A stretch of 64,000 bases of DNA from Candidatus Dechloromonas phosphoritropha (GCA_016722705.1 JADKGN010000001.1:512744-576743); one strand, 5' to 3'. Positions 10,102-20,611 are shown, counted from the stretch's first letter. Program-made: numbers and translations. The notes: generated from the sequence alone by a model not told the origin.

Positions 10102-11130
10102 TTAGTCCTTCCGCCGCACATACCAAGGCATCGCTTCCGCCAAGCCTTCGGCCAGCCGGTGCGTAGGCGCGAAGCCCAGCAGGCGCTGCACCTTGGTCAT
10201 ATCCGCCTGGCTGTGGCGGACGTCGCCGGCGCGGAAGTCGCGGTGCTCTGGCTGGGCACTGGCGCTCACGCCGTGGGCGGCCAGGTTGTCGCGCAGCAGG
10301 GCAAACAGGTCGTTGAGCGTGGTTCGTTCGCCGACGGCGACATTGTAGACCTGGTCGCGCGCTTCGTCGCTTTGCGTGGTGGCGGCCAGCAGGTTGGCCT
10401 GCACGGCGTTGTCGATATAGCAGAAGTCGCGGCTGGTTTCGCCGTCGCCGTTGATGAAGACGATTTCGCCCTTGAGCAGCGCGGCGGTCCATTTGGGGAT
10501 AACGGCGGCATAGGCGCCGTTGGGGTCCTGGCGTTTGCCGAACACGTTGAAATAGCGCAGGCCGATGGTCTTGAAGCCATAGGTGCGGGCAAAGACGTCG
10601 GCGTAGAGTTCATTGACGAGCTTGGTGACGGCATAGGGCGACAGCGGCTTGCCGATGGTGTCTTCGACCTTGGGCAGGCCGGGGTGGTCGCCGTAGGTGG
10701 AGCTGGAGGCGGCGTAGGTTAAGCTGCTGACGCCGGCATCGCGCGCGGCGACCAGCATGTTGAGGAAGCCGTCGATGTTGGTGCTGTTGGTGGTGATCGG
10801 GTCTTCGATCGAGCGCGGCACGGAACCGAGGGCTGCCTGGTGCAAGACGTAGTCCACGCCGGCGCAGGCCTGGCGACAGGTTTCGAGGTTGCGGATATCG
10901 CCTTCGATGAACTTGAAGCTAGCCCATTGCGCGGGACTGACCAGGCTCTGGACTTCATCGAGGTTGTGCTGGTGGCCGGTCGCGAAGTTGTCGAGGCCGA
11001 CGACCTGCTGGCCCAGCTTGAGCAGGGTTTCGAGCAGGTTGCTGCCGATGAAGCCGGCGACGCCGGTGATCAGCCAGTTTTTGGGCGTTTTTAGCAGTTG
11101 ACCGCGCAAGCGTTCGTAGGGTGTGTTCAT
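10102..11130 (-). CDS. NAD-dependent UDP-GlcNAc/GlcNAcA 4-epimerase (WbpP/TviC-like SDR)
   Basis: [19 protein letters not shown]...SPYAVTK...[13 protein letters not shown]. Start at MNTPYERL. Confidence 0.85.
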   Translation of the reverse strand: MNTPYERLRGQLLKTPKNWLITGVAGFIGSNLLETLLKLGQQVVGLDNFATGHQHNLDEVQSLVSPAQWASFKFIEGDIRNLETCRQACAGVDYVLHQAALGSVPRSIEDPITTNSTNIDGFLNMLVAARDAGVSSLTYAASSSTYGDHPGLPKVEDTIGKPLSPYAVTKLVNELYADVFARTYGFKTIGLRYFNVFGKRQDPNGAYAAVIPKWTAALLKGEIVFINGDGETSRDFCYIDNAVQANLLAATTQSDEARDQVYNVAVGERTTLNDLFALLRDNLAAHGVSASAQPEHRDFRAGDVRHSQADMTKVQRLLGFAPTHRLAEGLAEAMPWYVRRKD

Positions 11131-11173
11131 TGGGGGGCTACAGGCGCAGGTCGGATTCGGTAGCGGGAACGCA

Positions 11174-11548
11174 TCAAGCGACATCTGCTTGAAGAATGAA
11201 CCGGTTGGCGGTCGCACGCACTTCTTTCATGCGCCCGTGGCCAGGTAGCACCTTTTCTGTAATCGTAACCAGCCCAGCCAGTTCCAGTTCATCCACGTCC
11301 CGCTTTACCGCACTGCGATCACGATGCAGACGCTCTGAAATCTGGGTAATAGAACCGGGCATCTCTTTGACTGCGCGGAACAGCGCCAAGCGAGTCGCCG
11401 TGATTAGCTTCATCAGATCCGCAGGATCTTCGAAGCTGACAATGCGCTCGTCAGGAAGTTGCTCGCCCCGGTCTGCCGCTCTCGCCAACTGACGGCCTCG
11501 CTTGAAGAAGTCTCCTTCCGTTCCGGTTTTGATGGTGAGTTTGGTCAT
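11174..11548 (-). CDS. HTH DNA-binding protein, TumA-like antitoxin candidate
   Basis: 124 aa, ...[30 protein letters not shown] winged helix. ATGA overlap with the upstream small gene. Confidence 0.6.
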   Translation of the reverse strand: MTKLTIKTGTEGDFFKRGRQLARAADRGEQLPDERIVSFEDPADLMKLITATRLALFRAVKEMPGSITQISERLHRDRSAVKRDVDELELAGLVTITEKVLPGHGRMKEVRATANRFILQADVA

Positions 11549-11844
11549 ATGCTGTCCTTTAGGGCGATCCAGTCTTGCTCAAAGCGTTCTTCAATATCCT
11601 CGAAGCTGACGAACTCGACAGGCCCCACAACGCCAAGATAATGGCGGTGGTGGCCGTCGTGGGCATTGTCGTAGCCGATTACGCGCCCGTTGTCGCCGGT
11701 GAAGACGTTGTGGTTGATGTAGGCCAGGTTGTATCGGGTGACCCGCCCTGTCTCTTCATCAATCCACACTTCGCGGTGTAGCTTCCCGTTTCCGCGCTTG
11801 TCGGAAATCTTGTGGGATTCGTCAATGACTTTTACGTCAGGCAT
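11545..11844 (-). CDS. TumE-like (DUF6516-type) toxin candidate
   Basis: 99 aa, ...GYDNAHDGHHRHYLG. Two-gene cassette with the HTH partner. Family recalled from memory. Confidence 0.5.
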   Translation of the reverse strand: MPDVKVIDESHKISDKRGNGKLHREVWIDEETGRVTRYNLAYINHNVFTGDNGRVIGYDNAHDGHHRHYLGVVGPVEFVSFEDIEERFEQDWIALKDSI

Positions 11845-12048
11845 GATTTATTATATCATGCCTGCATGGTTCCTATTCGAACTGCGTTTCCAGAAAACAT
11901 GAAGGGCTTTTTCGGCGTTGACCGCAGTATTGTTCGCAGCACCTGTTCAAGACCGCTAGAGGCACGGATCGGGCTCTTGGTGAGCACCGGTAGTATTATG
12001 AAGCTTTGCCGATGGCTTTGGCCAAGATCGCCAAACGACTGATTACCC

Positions 12049-13263
12049 ATGACGAGTTTGCATCTGGAAGACCTGCGCAAGGACACGGCATATGCGCTGC
12101 TGCTTTCGTGTTGCCGGGTATACGCCAGCGCGGCGGACAGGTCTCTGCAACACCGCTTGGCCAAAGAACTCGACAACGAGCGTTTTCTCGCGCTGGCGGA
12201 ACGGCATCTTGTCGGTTCTCTGGTCTGGCACAACCTGAACCGGCATCCGCAAGGTACTTTCGATGCCGGGCTGATGGCGGCGCTATTGAGCAGCCATCGG
12301 CAGAACGTGATCAGCGAAATGGTGTCGGCGCACGCGGCGGTCAAGTTGCATCGCCTGCTGGCCGGGGCTGGACTCCCGCATTGCCTGCTCAAGGGCCTGG
12401 CCGTCGGGCAACGCTACTATGCCGCCCCGGGGCTGCGCGGAACCGGAGACATCGATCTGCTGGTCCCGCAGGCAAGCTTTGACGAGGTCAACCGGCTGTT
12501 GCTGAATGCTGGCTACGCCGCACCCAATCCGATCGATGCCCTGACGTCGCGGCAACGGCGCTATTTCATGTTTCAGCAGAACCAGGTCGAGTTCCAGGCA
12601 CCCGGCTCTGGTGTGATTATCGAACTTCACTGGCGACTGGATCAGGTGCCGTACACGCTGGCCGGCCTCGAGTCCGCGGCGCCGCTGGCGAAGGTGACAA
12701 TTGCGGATGCCAGGATTGCCTGTCTCGATGACGAGGAGATGTTGCTGCACCTGTGCGTGCATGGCGGCAAGCATGCGTGGTTTTGCCTGAAGTGGGTTTT
12801 TGATCTGCCCAATGTTCTGGAAAGCCGGGAATGGGATTGGCCGGCACTGCGGAAAAAAGCCAGGTCTTACCGCTGCGAGCATGCGCTGCTCCTCGGCTTG
12901 CTGGTCGCCGAGAAGCTCTGCGGCTGGGTTGTGCCGGCAACCGTTCGCCCCTGGCTTGAGCATCGGGGCGGCCTCGATCGTCATTTTGGCCTGATCGTCA
13001 AGGCCATAACGCATGCCGAAGGCTGGCTGAATTCGCCTGCCGGCATCGTGCAGCGCAACCTGTATGCCGCCAGCTTCAACGACGGGCTGGATTGCTGGAC
13101 CTATCAGCTGGCGACGGTGGCCACCCACCGCCGGGACTGGGAACTGCTGCCGCTGCCCGATGCGCTGTTTCCGCTGTATTTCGCGTTGAGCCCGTTTACC
13201 AACATCTGGCATCTCGCGCAGCGTTTTCGCCGGTTTGGGCAGGCGCCGGCGCGCCTGGTCTGA
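12049..13263 (+). CDS. NTP_transf_5 family nucleotidyltransferase
   Basis: LLKGLAVGQRYYAAPGLRGTGDIDLLV...IELHWRL...HLCVHGGKHAW. Confidence 0.75.
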   Translation: MTSLHLEDLRKDTAYALLLSCCRVYASAADRSLQHRLAKELDNERFLALAERHLVGSLVWHNLNRHPQGTFDAGLMAALLSSHRQNVISEMVSAHAAVKLHRLLAGAGLPHCLLKGLAVGQRYYAAPGLRGTGDIDLLVPQASFDEVNRLLLNAGYAAPNPIDALTSRQRRYFMFQQNQVEFQAPGSGVIIELHWRLDQVPYTLAGLESAAPLAKVTIADARIACLDDEEMLLHLCVHGGKHAWFCLKWVFDLPNVLESREWDWPALRKKARSYRCEHALLLGLLVAEKLCGWVVPATVRPWLEHRGGLDRHFGLIVKAITHAEGWLNSPAGIVQRNLYAASFNDGLDCWTYQLATVATHRRDWELLPLPDALFPLYFALSPFTNIWHLAQRFRRFGQAPARLV

Positions 13264-13265
13264 AG

Positions 13266-14087
13266 ATGATTGACCTCCACTGCCACCTACTGCCCGGTAT
13301 CGACGACGGCGCCCCGGACCTCGAGACTTCGCTCGAGATGGCGCGCATTGCGTTCGCCGATGGCATCCGAACGCTTGCCTGTACCCCGCATATCTACCCC
13401 GGAGTCTATGAGAACACCGGTGATGGCATCCGGCAGGCGGTGGCGGCGTTGCAGAAGGCCCTCGATGAGGCGGAAATCGCGCTGAAGCTGGTGGTCGGCG
13501 CCGATATCCATGTCGATCCCGACCTGTTGCTGAAGCTGCGCGGCGGCGAGGCACCAACCCTGGGGGAGACGCGGTATTTTCTGCTTGAGCCGCCACATCA
13601 TGTCGCGCTGCCACGTATTGCCGATTTCGTATTTAATCTGGTTGCTGCCGGTTACACTCCCCTGATCACGCACCCCGAGCGTTTGACCTGGATTAAGGAT
13701 CACTACCCAACCATATGCGGGCTGGTCGATCAGGGCGCCTGGCTGCAGGTGACGTCAGGCAGCCTGACTGGCCGCTTCGGGCCGCAGGCGAAATACTGGG
13801 GCGAGCGCCTGCTCGGCGAAGGTCGGGTTCATATTTTGGCCACGGATGCGCACGGCACCCGACGTCGCCCTCCGCTGCTCGCCGAAGGCCAGCTTGCCGC
13901 GGAGCGCCTGGTGGGCAAGGAAGAAGCATGGCATTTGGTTAACACCCGGCCAATCGGTATACTTGATAATTTGGCCCCGTCCGCAATGCCTGCCTTGCCG
14001 AATGCCGGCGCCAAATGGCGAGCAGACGGCTCAGCCAGGCGGCAAGGCTTATTGGCGAGGCTATTTGGCGGGAACAAGCCCCGTTAG
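13266..14087 (+). CDS. PHP-family protein-tyrosine phosphatase (CpsB/YwqE type)
   Basis: MIDLHCHLLPGIDDGAPD...CTPHI...THPER...ATDAHG. Confidence 0.85.
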   Translation: MIDLHCHLLPGIDDGAPDLETSLEMARIAFADGIRTLACTPHIYPGVYENTGDGIRQAVAALQKALDEAEIALKLVVGADIHVDPDLLLKLRGGEAPTLGETRYFLLEPPHHVALPRIADFVFNLVAAGYTPLITHPERLTWIKDHYPTICGLVDQGAWLQVTSGSLTGRFGPQAKYWGERLLGEGRVHILATDAHGTRRRPPLLAEGQLAAERLVGKEEAWHLVNTRPIGILDNLAPSAMPALPNAGAKWRADGSARRQGLLARLFGGNKPR

Positions 14088-14113
14088 CAGTCGTTGGGAA
14101 AAGGAGACTCGGC

Positions 14114-14857
14114 ATGCACGATTCGTCAATCAGGAAATCAGGGTTCTGGTGCGCTTTCGCCTGCCTGGTGTTGCTGATCGCTGCCCGGCCCACCTTTGCT
14201 GAAAGTCCGGCGCAGCCGATATCGGCGACACCAGCCCCGGTCGATAATGCTTTGTTGGAGCGCCAGTTGGCGCCCGCCTCGACGGAATTGGACGAATACC
14301 AGATCGGCCCGCACGACCTGATCGAAATTTCGGTGTTTCAGGTGACCGAGATGTCGCGGACGGTGCGTGTCAATGCCCAGGGATTGATCTCGCTGCCCTT
14401 GCTTGGCATCGTGCGCGCCGGCGGGCTGTCAGCCAACGAACTTGAAGCGACCCTTGCCGCCAAACTTTCGGAAAACCTGCTGCAGGATCCACAGGTAAGT
14501 GTTTTCATCAAGGAATTCGCCAGCCAGCGCGTCGTGGTCGAAGGCAGCATTGTGAAACTCGGCGTTTACCCGCTTACCGGCAAGACGACACTGATGCAGG
14601 TCATCGCCATGGCTTCCGGAATCGATCCCGTGGCCGACCCGACCAATATCCGGATATTCCGCCAGCTTCCCGACGGCAAGCGCGAGGTCTTGACCTATGA
14701 TCTGATTGCGATTCATGAGGGCAAGGCGGAAGACCCGTTGATCAAGGGCAATGACACGGTGATCGTCGGGCGCTCCGCTTCCGCGGCTTTTTTCAGGGAT
14801 TTCATCAACGGTGTCCGCGGTTTTGTGGGGTTCGGCACCATCCCCCTGGTTCATTGA
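14114..14857 (+). CDS. wza: Polysaccharide export outer-membrane protein (Poly_export + SLBB)
   Basis: Signal peptide, ...YQIGPHDLIEISVFQ...VNAQGLISLPLLG. AAGGAG RBS at 14101. Confidence 0.85.
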   Translation: MHDSSIRKSGFWCAFACLVLLIAARPTFAESPAQPISATPAPVDNALLERQLAPASTELDEYQIGPHDLIEISVFQVTEMSRTVRVNAQGLISLPLLGIVRAGGLSANELEATLAAKLSENLLQDPQVSVFIKEFASQRVVVEGSIVKLGVYPLTGKTTLMQVIAMASGIDPVADPTNIRIFRQLPDGKREVLTYDLIAIHEGKAEDPLIKGNDTVIVGRSASAAFFRDFINGVRGFVGFGTIPLVH

Positions 14858-14924
14858 TCCCTGATCAGCGGCGCGCATGGCAAAGTCACGCGATCGTGCT
14901 TTCTGATTTTCATCGGTCCGCACT

Positions 14925-17189
14925 GTGACAACTCCCTCAAACGACCCTTCCCGCAAGCCGGATCCTGCCGACGCCGAAGCCCACCCCGGTGGCGCGCTCA
15001 TTGAGCGGCCGAATTATCTGCCGAACACGGCTCTTTATCACGAACCGCTGCATATCGGAGCGGAAGAAGAGTCGATCAAGCTGCGCGAATACTGGGACAT
15101 CATCGTCAAGCGCAAATGGGCGGTGCTGACCTTTTTTGCGATCACGGTGATCGCCGTCATGACGGCTACATTCATCACGACCCGGATCTATCGTGCCACC
15201 CTGACGCTGCAGATCGAACAACAGGACACGAAGGCAATGGCCTTGCCGGGAGCACTTGCCAACGAGCAATTCGTTTTCGAGAGCCCCGAGTTTTTGCAGA
15301 CGCAATACGAATTGCTGAAAAGCGACACTCTGGCCCAGCGCGTGATCGAACAGTTGAACCTCGTCGCCGCGCCGCAACCGGAACAGAAGAGCCCGGGCTG
15401 GCTGGATACTCTCCTGGGGGACAACGCCAGGAAGACGGAAAATCCCGAGCCTGAAGCGGGCAACGGCCTGATGTCCGGATTACCCGGGGAACTGTCGGTC
15501 GTGCCGGTGCGTAATTCACGCTTGGTCAGGATCAATTTCGACAGCCCGGACCCGCAACTGGCGGCGCGCATCGCAAACACGATCGCGGTGGCGTTCATCA
15601 ACCTGAACCTGGAACGGCGTATGGAAGCGACTTCCTATGCGCGGACGTTCCTCGAGGAGCGTCTGCAGCAGATCAAGGTCAAGCTTGAGGATTCCGAAAA
15701 GCAACTCAATGCCTTCACGCGCCGGGAGGGCATCGTCAAGCCGGATGAAAAGCAGCAAAGCCCGGAGACGCAGGTGCTCGGCGAGTTCACCTCGGCGCTG
15801 GCCAAGGCCCAAAGCGAGCGCATCCGGGCCGAGACGCTCTACCAGCAGGCGCGCGGCGGCGATGCGGCAAGCGCTGCGGCGGTGGTGGACAATGCGCTGG
15901 TCCAGGAATACAAGACGCGCAAGTCGAAGCTGGAGGGCGACTATCAGGAAGGCTTGAAGACCTACAAGCCCGGTTACCCGAAGATGCAGCAGATCGAAAG
16001 CCAGATCGACGAGTTGCAGGCCAAGATCAACCAGGAGATCAAGGCGACCATCGGCGCGCTCAAGGCAAACTACGACGCCGCGCTCGCCCAGGAAAACCTG
16101 CTGGCGGCAAAGCTGAAGGAAAGCAAGCAGACCGTTCTGGGCGGCCAGGACAGCAACTTCCAGTACAACCTGCTGAAGCGCGAGGTGGATACCAACCGCC
16201 AGCTTTACGACAGCCTGCTGCAGCGCTACAAGGAAATCGGCGTCGCCGGCGGAGTCGGCACCAACAACGTTACCGTGGTCGACATGGCAAAGGTGCCCGG
16301 CTTTCCGTTCAAACCGCGACTGACGTTCAACCTGATGATCGCCCTCTTCATCGGCCTCGCCGGTGGCATTGCTCTCGCCCTGCTGCTGGAACACCTGGAC
16401 GATACGATCAAACTGCCGGATGACATGGAAAAATTTCTCGGCCTGCCGGTACTTGGCATCATCCCGGCGACCAAGCGCGCCGACAACGCAGAACTGGCGC
16501 TGGCCGAAAATGCCGACCAGCGTTCGGCGTTTGCCGAGGCATACCGTTCGTTGCGCACGGCCCTGCAGTTCGCGACGCCTGAAGGGATGCCCAAGGTGCT
16601 GCTGCTGACCAGCACCACGGTCGGCGAAGGCAAGAGCACCTGCGCCCTCAGCCTGGCGATGCATATCGCACAGACCGGCAAAACGGTGTTGCTGATCGAC
16701 AGCGACCTGCGCAAGGCATCCCTGCATACCAAGCTTGGCATTGTCAACGATTCGGGCCTGACCAACTACCTGGCCGGCAACGCCCAGCCGGTCGACATCA
16801 CGCGCCAGACCGAAATTCCCCGCCTGTTCCTGATGTCTTCCGGCCCCCTGCCGCCGAATCCGGCGGAATTGATCAGCAGCGTCAAGATGGTGGCGCTCCT
16901 GAAACTCGCCACCGAGAAATTCGACCAGGTAATCATCGACGGGCCGCCGGTACTTGGCCTGGCCGATGCTCCCCTGCTCGGCAGCCTGGCCGAAGCAACC
17001 GTGCTGGTCGTGGGCTATGGTACGACCAGCCGCCAGTTTGCGCAGACTTCGGTCAAGCGCCTGCGCGGTACGCGCACCCGGCTCATCGGCGGCATCCTCA
17101 ATCGGGTCAGCAGCGGGCACCGCTCCTACGGCTATAACAGCTACTACTATCAGTACGGCGAGCCGGATCAAAAACAACTGTCGGCATGA
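14925..17189 (+). CDS. wzc: Polysaccharide co-polymerase / tyrosine autokinase
   Basis: Wzz-like N-domain, coiled coil, P-loop TSTTVGEGKST and Tyr-rich tail YGYNSYYYQYG. Confidence 0.9.
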   Translation: MTTPSNDPSRKPDPADAEAHPGGALIERPNYLPNTALYHEPLHIGAEEESIKLREYWDIIVKRKWAVLTFFAITVIAVMTATFITTRIYRATLTLQIEQQDTKAMALPGALANEQFVFESPEFLQTQYELLKSDTLAQRVIEQLNLVAAPQPEQKSPGWLDTLLGDNARKTENPEPEAGNGLMSGLPGELSVVPVRNSRLVRINFDSPDPQLAARIANTIAVAFINLNLERRMEATSYARTFLEERLQQIKVKLEDSEKQLNAFTRREGIVKPDEKQQSPETQVLGEFTSALAKAQSERIRAETLYQQARGGDAASAAAVVDNALVQEYKTRKSKLEGDYQEGLKTYKPGYPKMQQIESQIDELQAKINQEIKATIGALKANYDAALAQENLLAAKLKESKQTVLGGQDSNFQYNLLKREVDTNRQLYDSLLQRYKEIGVAGGVGTNNVTVVDMAKVPGFPFKPRLTFNLMIALFIGLAGGIALALLLEHLDDTIKLPDDMEKFLGLPVLGIIPATKRADNAELALAENADQRSAFAEAYRSLRTALQFATPEGMPKVLLLTSTTVGEGKSTCALSLAMHIAQTGKTVLLIDSDLRKASLHTKLGIVNDSGLTNYLAGNAQPVDITRQTEIPRLFLMSSGPLPPNPAELISSVKMVALLKLATEKFDQVIIDGPPVLGLADAPLLGSLAEATVLVVGYGTTSRQFAQTSVKRLRGTRTRLIGGILNRVSSGHRSYGYNSYYYQYGEPDQKQLSA

Positions 17190-18583
17190 GCGGTAACAGC
17201 ACGGATTCGGGTTCTGACTGCATAGCGCTGGCAATTGCCTTTTTTCAGGCGCCGAGCCAGTTTCCCGAGCTGCTGCGCGGCGAAGGCCGTTTGCCGCGCG
17301 GCGTCAACGAGTTGCTTCTGGTTGCCGCCGGCAATCCACGCGCCGCCGGCGAAAAACCACTTACCCCTTTCGTGCACCCAGAAAAATTGCGGGAGACGGC
17401 CAAATTCTTCATCGAGCAGGTCTTGCTGGCGCATCACGCGAGTCACTATCGCGTTTTTGGCGTCGAGCCCGATGCGTCGCTGGCAGAGATCAAGGACAAC
17501 CACCGTCTCCTGATGCGGCTCTTCCACCCGGACCGCCAAACCACCGAGGCCGACGGCGCCACCGCAATCGCGACCCGGATCAATCAGGCGTATACCGTCC
17601 TCCGCTCTCCCGATGCACGCGCCGCTTATGACTTTTCATTGCAGCAAAAGCACGCAACCGCAAGGAAAAACCCCACCTATCATCCGCTGCCCAGCCACGC
17701 GACCGCACCATCGGGAAGGGCATTTACTCTCCCGCTCTTCGTTTCCCGCCACTTGGCGCCGGTTGTCCTCGGCAGCTTCGCGTTCGTGGCCGCCCTCGGC
17801 GTTGCCCTGGTTTATTTCAATCGCGTGCCAGCGAGCGCGCCCGGCACCGGCGAGCGCGCGTATAAGCTCAAGCCGGAAATGGCGCTGGCCAGGCCGGAAC
17901 CGGCAGCAATGCCGCTCGAGCCGCCAGCGCAGTATCTGCGGTCAGAAGCTTCCACCCGGCCACACGAGCCGCCGGCCAGCATTGCGGGCGTCATGGACCA
18001 GCCAGTTGAGACAGCGCCGACGTCGCCGCCCGACCGACAGCCGATGCCGGCCAACGACTATAAGCAACCCCGGAGCGAGCCAGTCCGGGCGCCCTCCCCG
18101 GCGCCACCGTTGGCGATGCCCGGAGCTAAGCCGGTGCTGGCCGCAACGACGAAGCCGGAGCGAATCGTGGCGACTGTTGCGGTCAACCCGCCAGAGGCAC
18201 CGGAAACGAAGCCGCCACAGCCCCGACCCCAGCAACTCGAGAGCCTGATCGCCAGTTTTTCCGAGCGCTATCAGCAGGGCGATCTCGAGGGCCTGCTGGC
18301 GCTGTTCGACGACGCCGCGCGCATCGACCGGGGGGGAGACAAGGCACAAATCCGCAACGAATATGGCGACCTGTTCCGCAATTCGGAAACGCGAACGATG
18401 TATATCTGGGACATGTCCTGGAATCCCCGGGGCAAGGCCGTGCGCGGCAACGGTCATTATCAGTCGCGCGCGATCGGCAAAGCCGACCGCTCGCCAAGGA
18501 TTTACGGCGGCGATATCACGATCGACGTCCTGCAGCTGGACGACAGGCCGGTGATCGTCGGGCTGTATCGCCGAGGCAACTAA
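17186..18583 (+). CDS. J-domain membrane protein with Pro-rich linker and NTF2/SnoaL-like C-terminal domain
   Basis: HYRVFGVEPDASLAEIKDNHRLLMRLFHPDR. One TM segment. ATGA overlap with the wzc stop. Confidence 0.65.
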   Translation: MSGNSTDSGSDCIALAIAFFQAPSQFPELLRGEGRLPRGVNELLLVAAGNPRAAGEKPLTPFVHPEKLRETAKFFIEQVLLAHHASHYRVFGVEPDASLAEIKDNHRLLMRLFHPDRQTTEADGATAIATRINQAYTVLRSPDARAAYDFSLQQKHATARKNPTYHPLPSHATAPSGRAFTLPLFVSRHLAPVVLGSFAFVAALGVALVYFNRVPASAPGTGERAYKLKPEMALARPEPAAMPLEPPAQYLRSEASTRPHEPPASIAGVMDQPVETAPTSPPDRQPMPANDYKQPRSEPVRAPSPAPPLAMPGAKPVLAATTKPERIVATVAVNPPEAPETKPPQPRPQQLESLIASFSERYQQGDLEGLLALFDDAARIDRGGDKAQIRNEYGDLFRNSETRTMYIWDMSWNPRGKAVRGNGHYQSRAIGKADRSPRIYGGDITIDVLQLDDRPVIVGLYRRGN

Positions 18584-20306
18584 CCCGGATGTTTCATAAA
18601 CCCGCCGCGCGATGTCAATGTCGTGCCATTCCAGCCGTGATGCGAGTCAGCTTGCTGCGAATTTTGCTGCCAACCCGCCACGATCGGCCAAATACCCCAA
18701 CTTTTGGGCATCACACCCTGCCGCCATCGATCCCTGGACAGAGCGCTGGCGAGACCTCACCTCCGCTCAAGCGGATTCGAGTCGGCAGCATGAGACGGCG
18801 TCGCCGAGTCGATCAGGCCGGTGCCGGCGGGCGCGGGACGAGGTAAAGCAACTCGGTCACCCGCGCCAGCACCCCCTTCATCGGACACGACGTAGGCAAG
18901 GACAGCTTGATCCGATCCTTGTACTGCACCACGCGCACCGCCAACTTAAAGAGTTTCAGGATAATCGACAGCGGTTGCGCCTTGGCCAGTTCCGTATGCA
19001 CCAGCGTGTTCTCGCGCAAGCCGTGAATCAACCCATACGCCGCACACGAATAGAACAGCCGCAGGTGATTGGCGAGGAAGGCATGATCGGAGGTCCGGTC
19101 ACTGGCCAAGTCGTTCTTCACCGCCTTGATGAAGTTCTCGTCCTGCCCTCGAGCACAGTACAGCTCTTTGTAAAGCACATCAGGCGTCGGGTCGGACAGC
19201 GAGGTCACCACGTACCGCGGGTTGTCACCCAAGGCCATCACCTCGGCCTTGACCACCACGCGGTAAGCCTTGGGCCACGAGCCCGCCTGATACTCGATAT
19301 CGTCGTACAGTCGTGTCGCCGCAGGCTCGGCGTTCCCCAGGCGCTGGGCGTTGGCGCTGTGTGTCTGGTGCAGCGCACGGGCTTTCTTCAGCAGCGGCTC
19401 GGCCTTGGGCGAGAGCACCTGGTTGCCGGCCAGGCCGAAGAGGAAGTCCAGATGCGGATCGGACGCGCACAAGGCCATCAGTTCGGGATTCGAGAAGTGG
19501 CCATCCCCGCGCAGAATGATGTGGGTCTCGGGCCAGGCCTGGCGGAGCAGGTGCAGCACGCGCTTGATGATGACCGCATTCTCTTTACCGGTGGGACGCT
19601 TGCCCGGACGCAGGACGGCGGTGATCAGCTTCCCGGAGAGTCCTTCGAAGAGGAACAACGGCAGGTAGCAATGATTGCCGTAGTGGTGGTTGTAGAACGC
19701 CAGTTCCTGCTGCCCGTGAGTGGCATCCTCAGAGTGATCCATATCCAGCACGATCACGGCAGGCGCTTGGGCGTAGCTGGCGATGAAGGCGTCGACGAAG
19801 CTTTTGGCCAGGCGGTAAATGTCTTTGCGCGATACGCTGTTCTCGAGCCGGGAGAGCGTGGGGCCGGAGGCCAGGTCATTTCCCTCGCCCAGCGGGGCAC
19901 GACCGACCGCCAGTTTGAACAGCGGATCGCGCCGCAGCGTGTTGGCGTCATTACCGTCGGCGTAGCCGCTGGCGGTCTGGAATATCCGCTGACGAAGCAG
20001 GTCGGCCAGCGGATGGTCAATGTACGAGGCGTGGCGTTTGTCGTGAATCGCGCTGACCAGGCGGGGAATCAGGCCGATTTGCAGGTCGATGCCACGCAAC
20101 AGGAGTGCGCCAAAGTCGGAGGACATCGCCCCGCCGTCAAACTCTGCCCGGATCGTAAATCCGGCGCTGGCGGGAAAGCGAAGCTGGGTTGGGATAGAAT
20201 GGTCCATGGGCGGTCTCGTTTAGGCTTCTTACAAAGCGTTATTGGCGTAACCCCTATTATATCAATGGGTTAAACGAGATTCGCCTGCTTTTATGAAAAA
20301 TTCGGG
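18584..20306 (-). mobile_element. IS1380-family insertion sequence
   Basis: IRs CCCGGATGTTTCATAAA and TTTATGAAAAATTCGGG. 4-bp duplication CTAA at 18580-18583 and 20307-20310. Confidence 0.85.
18813..20207 (-). CDS. IS1380-family transposase
   Basis: 464 aa ...FDGGAMSSDFGALLLRGIDLQIGL...YNHHYGNHCYLPLF. Confidence 0.9.
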   Translation of the reverse strand: MDHSIPTQLRFPASAGFTIRAEFDGGAMSSDFGALLLRGIDLQIGLIPRLVSAIHDKRHASYIDHPLADLLRQRIFQTASGYADGNDANTLRRDPLFKLAVGRAPLGEGNDLASGPTLSRLENSVSRKDIYRLAKSFVDAFIASYAQAPAVIVLDMDHSEDATHGQQELAFYNHHYGNHCYLPLFLFEGLSGKLITAVLRPGKRPTGKENAVIIKRVLHLLRQAWPETHIILRGDGHFSNPELMALCASDPHLDFLFGLAGNQVLSPKAEPLLKKARALHQTHSANAQRLGNAEPAATRLYDDIEYQAGSWPKAYRVVVKAEVMALGDNPRYVVTSLSDPTPDVLYKELYCARGQDENFIKAVKNDLASDRTSDHAFLANHLRLFYSCAAYGLIHGLRENTLVHTELAKAQPLSIILKLFKLAVRVVQYKDRIKLSLPTSCPMKGVLARVTELLYLVPRPPAPA

Positions 20307-20328
20307 CTAATAGCCCGCTTCGAAATAA

Positions 20329-20601
20329 TCAAACCTTGAGCACCAAGCCTCGTTCAGCCAGTTCCCCGGCCAGTTTGATGACATCACCCTGCAATTGCTC
20401 GGCCGTGACTTCGTACTCTTCGAGCATCGTTGCGCTGATTTCCGCCAGCGTCCTGCCCTCGCCCATCAGTTCCCAGATACGTGCGCCGACCGGGTCCAGC
20501 CCGAAGTAGCTGCCGCCTGCCAGGTCGAGGATCACGATCTCTTCACCGACCTCACGTGCCATGACCTGGACCGGGATCGTTACCTTGTCCGTCAATTCCA
20601 T
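20329..20601 (-). CDS. PqqD-family peptide-binding protein (lasso B1 / RRE)
   Basis: MELTDKV...EIVILDLAGGSYFGLDPVGARIWELMGEGRTLAEI. AGGGAG RBS 7 nt upstream. Confidence 0.8.
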   Translation of the reverse strand: MELTDKVTIPVQVMAREVGEEIVILDLAGGSYFGLDPVGARIWELMGEGRTLAEISATMLEEYEVTAEQLQGDVIKLAGELAERGLVLKV

Positions 20602-20611
20602 CAATTGCTCC

